Below, piece by piece: positions 7,564-13,590 of a stretch of DNA of 32,000 bases. The stretch covers positions 17,710-49,709 of the forward strand of contig CAYJVY010000010.1 of the NCBI GenBank assembly GCA_964373795.1, written 5' to 3'. Both the position numbers and the translations under genes were made by a program. The notes under the pieces were generated by a model, which was not told the DNA's origin, ran no database searches, and worked only from the letters and a program-made list of their open reading frames with translations. Every line of letters starts with the position of its first letter. Position 1 is the stretch's first letter. This DNA is from an uncultured archaeon (GTDB lineage Archaea; Iainarchaeota; Iainarchaeia; Iainarchaeales; DATDZZ01).

Positions 7564-8070
7564 ATGATTTTTATGAATTGGACAAATTTTTTTCTACTTT
7601 TTGCCATTGCTTTTTTGGTTTTTTTTGTTGGATGTGTTTCTGAGCAAAACAGCTTTGACTATCAAGAAGTTCCAAAAGAATTTGTTGTCCCAAAAAACTC
7701 AATCCACTGGCATCCCAAACTACAAATAAAAGTAAACAACCAGCTTCAACAAATCCCAACAGGTATTGGAATAAGCATAGGCAAAATGATTGATTTTGAT
7801 GTAAGTGGAATGAATATGTCTCCAATTCACACACATGAAGGCAATGGCACAATCCACATAGAAAACCAAAAGCCATGGCTAAAACCAGGAACTCTAACAC
7901 TAGGATACTTTTTTCATGTATGGAGCAAAAAATTTAGCAGTGAATGCATTTTTGACTACTGTAATAATGAAAAATCTAAAGTAAAAATGTTTGTCAATGG
8001 AAAAGAAAATCAAGAATTCGAAAAATATGTAATGCAGGACAAGGATGACATCTTGATTGTTTATGAATAA
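7564..8070 (+). CDS. Lipobox/TM-anchored extracytoplasmic His-motif protein (paralog of 6840-7559), family not named
   Basis: 168 aa. Signal peptide with FVGC. Motifs: HWHPKLQIKVNN ... SPIHTHEGNGTIHIE ... TLGYFFHVW ... C....C ... MFVNGKENQEFEKYVMQDKDDILIVYE. Same motif order as the upstream gene. Confidence 0.6.
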   Translation: MIFMNWTNFFLLFAIAFLVFFVGCVSEQNSFDYQEVPKEFVVPKNSIHWHPKLQIKVNNQLQQIPTGIGISIGKMIDFDVSGMNMSPIHTHEGNGTIHIENQKPWLKPGTLTLGYFFHVWSKKFSSECIFDYCNNEKSKVKMFVNGKENQEFEKYVMQDKDDILIVYE

Positions 8071-8494
8071 AAAAGAAATAAAACCTGAGAACAAGTTTAG
8101 TTTTTTAAGTAGTTTTTCTGGCGGGGCAAGCATTCTAAGCTCTTATCAAGTGTGTCATAATGTGTGCATGGGTTTAATTGGTTTGCTTTCATTAATTGGA
8201 ATTACACTTGTTGGAATGCCTTTGGCTTTTTTGTTACCATATACTGTGCCTTTTTGGGTTATTGGTACTGCTTTACTTGTAATTACTTTTTTTATTTACT
8301 TTAAAAAACCTAAATGTATGTCGAGAAATTTGCTGATATTTAATACAGGAATAATTATTGCTGCAATTCCTTTTAAGGAAGTTCAAGAATTCCAACCATT
8401 TTTTTGGGTAAGTGGAGGAATAATTATATTAATTGCAGTTTACAATTTTTTAAATAAAAAAATTTTGAAAAAGTTTATAAATAAAAACATCTAA
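8063..8494 (+). CDS. Four-helix membrane protein with intramembrane CHNVC motif, hypothetical
   Basis: ATG at 8063 overlaps the stop of the previous gene (8068-8070); the track start at 8057 is a TTG. FSGGASILSSYQVCHNVCMGLIGLL then MPLAFLLPYTVPFW, the same module layout as 9328-9753 and the TM core of 3686-5131. Confidence 0.6.
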   Translation: MNKKEIKPENKFSFLSSFSGGASILSSYQVCHNVCMGLIGLLSLIGITLVGMPLAFLLPYTVPFWVIGTALLVITFFIYFKKPKCMSRNLLIFNTGIIIAAIPFKEVQEFQPFFWVSGGIIILIAVYNFLNKKILKKFINKNI

Positions 8495-8523
8495 AGAGTG
8501 TAATTGTTGTAAAAGGTTGTTGT

Positions 8524-8577
8524 ATGACTAAAGTTATTTTTAGTGTTGAGGGAATGCACTGTAATGCTTGTGTTTAA
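8524..8577 (+). pseudogene. Truncated heavy-metal-associated (CopZ/HMA) domain remnant
   Basis: ATG ACT AAA GTT ... translates to MTKVIFSVEGMHCNACV, then TAA. This is the first beta strand plus the GMxCxxC loop of an HMA domain with nothing after it. Confidence 0.6.
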
Positions 8578-8625
8578 GGAATGGAATTTTTGTTAAAATT
8601 AAAAAAAGGATAAAAAATATAAAAG

Positions 8626-9189
8626 GTGGTACAATTGGATGAATTTAAATGTGAAGTTTGTGAAAGAATTTTTAAATATGAAGATGGTTTGGAATTGCAT
8701 AAACAAGCAAAACACTCAAAACCAGAAAAAAAAGAACCGTTAATTAAAATTTCAAGTGGACAAAAAAAGAAATTTATAAAAACTGCAATAGCTTTAGTTG
8801 TTTTAATTGCTGTAATTGGTTTTGTTTATTATATTATTACCATTCCGAAGGTGGTATTGCCACCAATTACTATACAAGGACATATTGAACAAAAGCCTTC
8901 AAGTCATATTTTAAAAGAACCAATGGAATTAAGAGTGCAAAAGCATATGTTAGAACATGCAGATGGAACTGGGCCTCCAGGAATAATAATAAATTATAAT
9001 TGTGAAGATTTTAACTGTGAACCGGATTTAATTTTAAATCTTGAAAAATTTGCAAAAAAGTATCCAGTAAATGTATATGTTGCGCCTTTTAATGGAATGA
9101 CTGAAAAAATAGTGTTAACAAAATTTCAAAAACTGCAAAAATTAGATAATTATGATGAAAAATTAATTGAAAATTTCATAAAAAATTAA
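8626..9189 (+). CDS. C2H2 zinc finger - TM helix - DUF3105-like extracytoplasmic domain protein
   Basis: 187 aa. The start is uncertain: GTG 8626 lies inside AAGGTGG, and TTG 8635 has better spacing. FKCEVCERIFKYEDGLELHKQAKH fits C-x2-C-x12-H-x4-H. TM helix AIALVVLIAVIGFVYYII. Then HMLEHADGTGPPGIIINYNC ... VYVAPFNGMTEKIVLT ... LIENFI, which matches my memory of DUF3105. Confidence 0.65.
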   Translation: MVQLDEFKCEVCERIFKYEDGLELHKQAKHSKPEKKEPLIKISSGQKKKFIKTAIALVVLIAVIGFVYYIITIPKVVLPPITIQGHIEQKPSSHILKEPMELRVQKHMLEHADGTGPPGIIINYNCEDFNCEPDLILNLEKFAKKYPVNVYVAPFNGMTEKIVLTKFQKLQKLDNYDEKLIENFIKN

Positions 9190-9327
9190 TAACTGTTATA
9201 ATCCAGCAAAGAAAATAATTAATTTAGAAATTATATTTTAAGAGATACTAACAAAATCAGTTTGTTTTTGAATAATGTTTTTTCCTAAAATTTTTATCTT
9301 TAATAAATTATATTGGAGTTTTTATAA

Positions 9328-9753
9328 ATGGAAATTTTTCAATCTATTATCAAAAATTTTAGGATCCCTGGATTTTTGGCAAAATTTGTAATTTATAGTA
9401 TAGGGCTTTTTATAATATTGGGAATTCCCACAGCTCTTTTTCCTAATCCAATAATTCCATATACTAGAATGATTCCTTCAAATATTTTAGATTATGTTTT
9501 TTTATTCACTACAAGTGTTTTAGCAGGTTTTTACTTTGCATTGCCTAAAAGCAATGCATGCAATCCAAATAAAAGCGCTTTCGGTGGAGGAATTTTTGGA
9601 TTCCTTGCTTTTGCTTGTCCGACATGTATTCAGTTATTAGTGTTACTTTTTGGTTATGCGTTTTTGTTCAATATTTTAAATCCTTTAAGGCCGATTATTG
9701 GATTACTTTCAATTGGATTTTTGTTATTCGCAATTAGCAAAAAAATTCTTTAA
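9328..9753 (+). CDS. Four-helix membrane protein with intramembrane CPTC motif, hypothetical
   Basis: TTGGAG lies upstream of the ATG. 141 aa. FGGGIFGFLAFACPTCIQLLVLLFG then LNPLRPIIGLLSIGFLLFAI. Confidence 0.6.
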   Translation: MEIFQSIIKNFRIPGFLAKFVIYSIGLFIILGIPTALFPNPIIPYTRMIPSNILDYVFLFTTSVLAGFYFALPKSNACNPNKSAFGGGIFGFLAFACPTCIQLLVLLFGYAFLFNILNPLRPIIGLLSIGFLLFAISKKIL

Positions 9754-9789
9754 GGGTTTATGTTCTATATTAAATTAAGAGGTTAAAAA

Positions 9790-10112
9790 ATAAAGTTTGG
9801 AATTATAATTGGAACAATTGAACCTGAAGTGGTCTGGAATGTATTTAGATTTTGAGTTACATCATTAAAAGCAAATAATGAATAAAAATTTTTCTAATAA
9901 ACAAAGGAGTTGAAATAGAAAGTATTCGAGATGAAAAATATAGTGTAAAAGAACAAATTGATTTATTCATTGAAAACAAAGGACAAATACTAGCTTGCGG
10001 AACATGTCTAAAGTCACGCAACAAAGAAGGAAGCAATATCTGCCCAATCTCAACAATGAAGGACTTGCTTAAATTAGTTGAAGAATCAGACAGAATTCTA
10101 ACATTTGATTGA
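9790..10112 (+). pseudogene. Decayed paralog of the DsrE-like gene at 944-1264
   Basis: The start codon position reads ATA, 6 nt after a GAGGT. In-frame TGA at 9853 sits at the Gly22-equivalent. A TAA follows about 11 codons later, then a 1-nt deletion. After the frameshift the frame is open and reads GVEIESIRDEKYSVKEQIDLFIENKGQILACGTCLKSRNKEGSNICPISTMKDLLKLVEESDRILTFD. Confidence 0.85.
10053..10099 (+). repeat. 47-nt exact repeat, partner of 1208-1254
   Basis: Identical 47-mer at the 3' end of both DsrE-like copies. Confidence 0.9.
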
Positions 10113-10141
10113 AATACTATATACAAATAGTTTTGAAAAAC

Positions 10142-10300
10142 TTATTTCTTTTTTTGTTTTCTTTGTTTTGCCAACTTAATTAGTTTTTTGATTTTTGATT
10201 CTTTGCTTTTTTTAGAGGATTTTCTGCCTTTATTTTTTACAGGCTTTTTGCTTTTTGCAGATTTTTTAGATTTTTTTACTGGTTTTTTCTTTTTTGGCAT
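10142..10300 (-). CDS. 52-aa extremely Lys-rich basic micro-protein, hypothetical
   Basis: Hand translation: MPKKKKPVKKSKKSAKSKKPVKNKGRKSSKKSKESKIKKLIKLAKQRKQKKK. No clear SD. The track ORF 10188-10382 (+) is its Phe/Leu-rich mirror image. Confidence 0.3.
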   Translation of the reverse strand: MPKKKKPVKKSKKSAKSKKPVKNKGRKSSKKSKESKIKKLIKLAKQRKQKKK

Positions 10301-10716
10301 AAAATCACTTTTTATTAAAATTGTATCAGGACTCGGTGAAAAAGTGCCTCAAACAATTACTAAATCAATCTTAACCCTTTAGCTTGTTTTAAAGGTTATC
10401 TTTTTCGCTTTATGGCAAAGCATAATAAGCGCAGATTTCATGTGAAGAGTTATAGTCCTGTCTTCACATCAATGGCTGAACACTTAACATAGGCTACCAT
10501 TAATAGCACTCTTTTCAGAGCAACCGAATAATCCTACAATGTTTGCATTTTCAATACAAACGATTAATATTGTACTTTTGTTTTTAATAAATTTTTTTAC
10601 ATTGAAAAATAAACTAATAATTGAAAACTATTTAGTTTTTCAAACTAAATCTTTTAAATAAATCGAATATGATTTAAAGTGTTGTATGCAAATCATGAAA
10701 TAAGTTGAGGGAAAGG

Positions 10717-11562
10717 ATGTCTAAAATTCATTTTAATCTTTTTATTGTTGGTGGAGTTTTAACATTTGCCTCAATTTTTGCGGCAATTCAGTTAAAATTT
10801 TCGTATTGGTATTTACCTTTTCTTGTTGGAAGCTGGTTTTTTTTTGACTTTATTGATTTTAAATATAGAAAAACTTCAATTCTTTCAAAATTATTGCAAG
10901 GCAATTTGGAAAAAGTTTTAATTGTTTACCTTATGTGGGCATTAATGGGTTTATTCTTAGATGTTTTTTTTGGCATTATACTTGGAGAATTATGGTTTTA
11001 TCCTAGCCACAATAGAGGGATTCATTTTCTATACCCTCCATTATTAATTTATCCTTTAGGTGCTTTTTCAGTATATGAATTGTATTATGGTGTTCGAGGT
11101 TTTGTTGGAAAAAAATTTAAGGAATTAAAAATTATTGAAACAAAAGGAAAAGAATTAATTGCTAAACTTCAGTTATTGATTGCGTTGATTTCTGGAATAA
11201 TTCCCTTTGTTTTTCTTCTTTTAGGCCAAACTGGTTTTATCAAGGAATTGTTGGTTGTGTTAATGGTTTTAAACATTTTCGCTTTTGATGCACTGCAATA
11301 TATTTTATCAAAAAAGTCAATTTTGTTTAATTTAATTAATTTAAATAAATTGGAAATAATTACTTTGGCTATTTCACTTTTTTTAAGTGTCTTGTTGCAT
11401 GAATTTCCAAATGTTTTTGCAAAAGAGTGGGTTTATCAAAATATTCCTTTTGTTTCAGTTGAATTGTTTGGAATTCCATTGATAGTTGCAACAATTGGCT
11501 GGCTTTTTTTAATAGTGAATGTAGTTGGCAGTGGAAATGCAATTCTTTTTTCTAAAAAGTAG
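10717..11562 (+). CDS. Polytopic membrane protein, hypothetical
   Basis: GAGGGAAAGG lies upstream of ATG 10717; the track start at 10705 is a TTG. About 8 hydrophobic helices. No motif I can assign. Confidence 0.6.
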   Translation: MSKIHFNLFIVGGVLTFASIFAAIQLKFSYWYLPFLVGSWFFFDFIDFKYRKTSILSKLLQGNLEKVLIVYLMWALMGLFLDVFFGIILGELWFYPSHNRGIHFLYPPLLIYPLGAFSVYELYYGVRGFVGKKFKELKIIETKGKELIAKLQLLIALISGIIPFVFLLLGQTGFIKELLVVLMVLNIFAFDALQYILSKKSILFNLINLNKLEIITLAISLFLSVLLHEFPNVFAKEWVYQNIPFVSVELFGIPLIVATIGWLFLIVNVVGSGNAILFSKK

Positions 11563-11563
11563 T

Positions 11564-12781
11564 TCAGCCAATTAGAATTTCTTTTAATGTGTTAAATGAA
11601 AACAAGTTTTTTGTGGGCGTTTCTGAAAGCAAGCTATGTGAAATTAGTTTTGATATTTGTTTGTTTTTAGAAGCATTTTTTATTGCCAAATTAAGTATGA
11701 ATTTGTTTGTTAAAATTTTTTGAATTTTTAAATCAGTTGAAAGTTCTTGCCATATTGCCTCATAAAGAAGATTTTCGTATTCTTTTAATTTATTTTCACT
11801 GAAATTATTTTCTTTAATAGATTGTAATAAAACTTGGGAAGCAACTTTCCCGCTCAAAAGTGCATTTCCAATTCCTTCCCCTGTAAAGGGATCTATTAAA
11901 CCAGCTGCATCCCCTACAAATAATACTCTGTCAAAAGAAATTTTTCTTTTTTTTAATCCACCTAATGGAAGAGTCCAGCCTTTTATTTCTGAAATCATTT
12001 TAGCGTTTTTAAACCTGTCTTTAAAATGCGGATTTTGAAGTATTTTGAATAAAATATCTTTTAGGTTTTTTTTATCAGAATATTTTAAGTGGATTCCTAA
12101 TCCGACATTTGCAGTTGTATTAGATATAGGAAAAATCCAAAAATAACCTGGAATTAGTTCATTAACAAAATGAATTTCAAGTCTATTGCTTAAACCATTT
12201 ACATTTTCAAAATATGCTCTTAATGCAATTGCTTCTGAATCTGTAAAATCAATTCCTAATTGTTTACTGGCAAAACAAGTAGAGCCGTTTGCGAACACAA
12301 TTGATTTTGTATTAAAAGTTACATGTTTATGGGTTTTAATATTTTTTGCTGAAACTAGAATAGAATCACTTTTTACTTCAAAATTTTTTACTTCAATTCC
12401 TTCCAAAACCTTTGCAACTTGTTTTGCTTTTTCAAATAAAATATTGTCAAAATTTTTTCTTTTTATGACAATTCCGCAGGTTTTTTTATTTTCCGCGTCA
12501 ATTGAAACATTTAATCCATTAGGCGAAGAAAATAACACTCCTTTTATTTTTTCATGTTCGAATTTTTCTATTTCTTCAATTAAATCCATTTCTCTCAATA
12601 AAGAAATGGATTTTCCGCTTAAGCCATCTCCACATGGCTTATCTCTAGGAAAAAATTCTTTGTCAACTAACAATACTTTTGCATTTGATTCTCTCAAAAA
12701 AATTACAGTAGAACTTCCAGCAGGTCCTGCCCCAACTACTAAAACATCAAAAATTTCTTCCAATTTTTCGCCTTTTAACAA
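11564..12781 (-). CDS. Geranylgeranyl reductase family FAD-dependent oxidoreductase (archaeal lipid saturation)
   Basis: 405 aa, TTG start. FDVLVVGAGPAGSS dinucleotide fold. VLLVDKEFFPRDKPCGDGLS matches the PRxKxCG signature. VLFVGDAAGLIDPFTGEGI. Confidence 0.9.
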   Translation of the reverse strand: MLKGEKLEEIFDVLVVGAGPAGSSTVIFLRESNAKVLLVDKEFFPRDKPCGDGLSGKSISLLREMDLIEEIEKFEHEKIKGVLFSSPNGLNVSIDAENKKTCGIVIKRKNFDNILFEKAKQVAKVLEGIEVKNFEVKSDSILVSAKNIKTHKHVTFNTKSIVFANGSTCFASKQLGIDFTDSEAIALRAYFENVNGLSNRLEIHFVNELIPGYFWIFPISNTTANVGLGIHLKYSDKKNLKDILFKILQNPHFKDRFKNAKMISEIKGWTLPLGGLKKRKISFDRVLFVGDAAGLIDPFTGEGIGNALLSGKVASQVLLQSIKENNFSENKLKEYENLLYEAIWQELSTDLKIQKILTNKFILNLAIKNASKNKQISKLISHSLLSETPTKNLFSFNTLKEILIG

Positions 12782-12828
12782 ATTTATAATAATTAGTCTT
12801 ATAAGGGGAAACTATTAAAGTTTATTTT

Positions 12829-13245
12829 TTAATGTTTTTTGAATGTTTTGGCACAGTATTTACAACAAAAATTTGTTTTCCTTCCCTTAATTTTTTTTGT
12901 ATAGCGACTTTCAAAAACTTTACAACCGCAATGGACACAAACAGTCAATCTTGGAGAAATACTTAATTCAATTAACTCTCCAAATCTCGACAGAATTTTT
13001 TTAATAAACTTTTCTCCTTCTAAAGTTAATGAATAAACTTTTTTCTCTCTTTGCTTTTTTTCTTTTGAAACAATTAATTTATTTTTTTCAAGCAATGCAA
13101 GAAAAGGATATATTTGCCCCGGGGAAACTTTTTTCTCTGATTTTTCTGAAACTTTTTTAATTAATTCATATCCGTGCATAGATTTTGAGTTTAACAGCAT
13201 TAGAGCATAAAATTTAGTTAAATTGTCTATTTTTATTTTATCCAT
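12829..13245 (-). CDS. PadR-family winged-helix regulator fused to a C-terminal TRASH metal-binding domain
   Basis: 138 aa. PadR core: ALMLLNSKSMHGYELIKKV ... SPGQIYPFLALLEKNKLI ... KVYSLTLEGEKF. C-terminus: CVHCGC-x19-FCCKYCAKTF (TRASH: Cys pair ... C-x3-C). Divergent from copA. Confidence 0.8.
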   Translation of the reverse strand: MDKIKIDNLTKFYALMLLNSKSMHGYELIKKVSEKSEKKVSPGQIYPFLALLEKNKLIVSKEKKQREKKVYSLTLEGEKFIKKILSRFGELIELSISPRLTVCVHCGCKVFESRYTKKIKGRKTNFCCKYCAKTFKKH

Positions 13246-13286
13246 ATCATATTTTGATGCGAAAAGGTTTAAAAGAAGTTACATTT

Positions 13287-13300
13287 TATGATATATCATA
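13287..13300. promoter_or_regulatory. Perfect 14-bp palindrome TATGATATATCATA in the PadR-TRASH / copA divergent intergenic region
   Basis: Read directly. Related ATATCATAT / TATGATAT copies lie at 13246-13256 and 13302-13309. A TTTAAA TATA-like box at 13268-13273 is about 25 nt from the PadR ATG. Confidence 0.5.
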
Positions 13301-13590
13301 TTATGATATTATAAGTGTCACTTAAAAAATTAATGTGTATATTTAGAGGAAGTAATCCTATTGATTGTCATTAAAAAAAATAAAGTTGAAAAATTTAAAG
13401 TGCATTCTCTGGGCGGGCCAATTTAGAGGCGTTTAATTGACAAATGAATTAAATATAAAAGCATTGGATTGTGCAGTAATTGCTGCAGGATTAATTGCGT
13501 GGGTTTACAATTTTTCTTTGAAAAAATTTAGTTAGTTTTGAATTCATTAAATTTTTAAACAACAAAAGTACTGTATTAATGAGGTTTAAT

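Noticed and set aside
362-8133. Other nested or overlapping track ORFs (362-583, 892-1191, 2857-3048, 3667-3924, 4724-4981, 5563-5757, 6827-7171, 7041-7256, 7571-7900, 7900-8133)
   Set aside because: Each lies inside, or antisense to, a better-supported gene with recognisable motifs or TM architecture. None has an SD or recognisable motifs.
9853-9855. TGA aligned to a Gly codon of the intact DsrE paralog, possibly a UGA=Gly genetic code
   Set aside because: Many well-supported genes in the window terminate with TGA, including both DsrE copies and the 50-280 ORF. The same pseudogene also has a TAA, a lost start and a frameshift. Ordinary decay explains it.
9857-10382. Track ORFs 9857-10126 (-) and 10188-10382 (+)
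   Set aside because: The first is antisense to the DsrE pseudogene. The second is a Phe/Leu-rich mirror of an A-rich stretch. Neither has motif or SD support.
12186-12818. 210-aa plus-strand ORF
   Set aside because: It is entirely antisense to the geranylgeranyl reductase gene, whose motifs are unambiguous. The product is low-complexity Ser/Phe/Lys-rich with no SD. It is a shadow ORF typical of AT-rich DNA.
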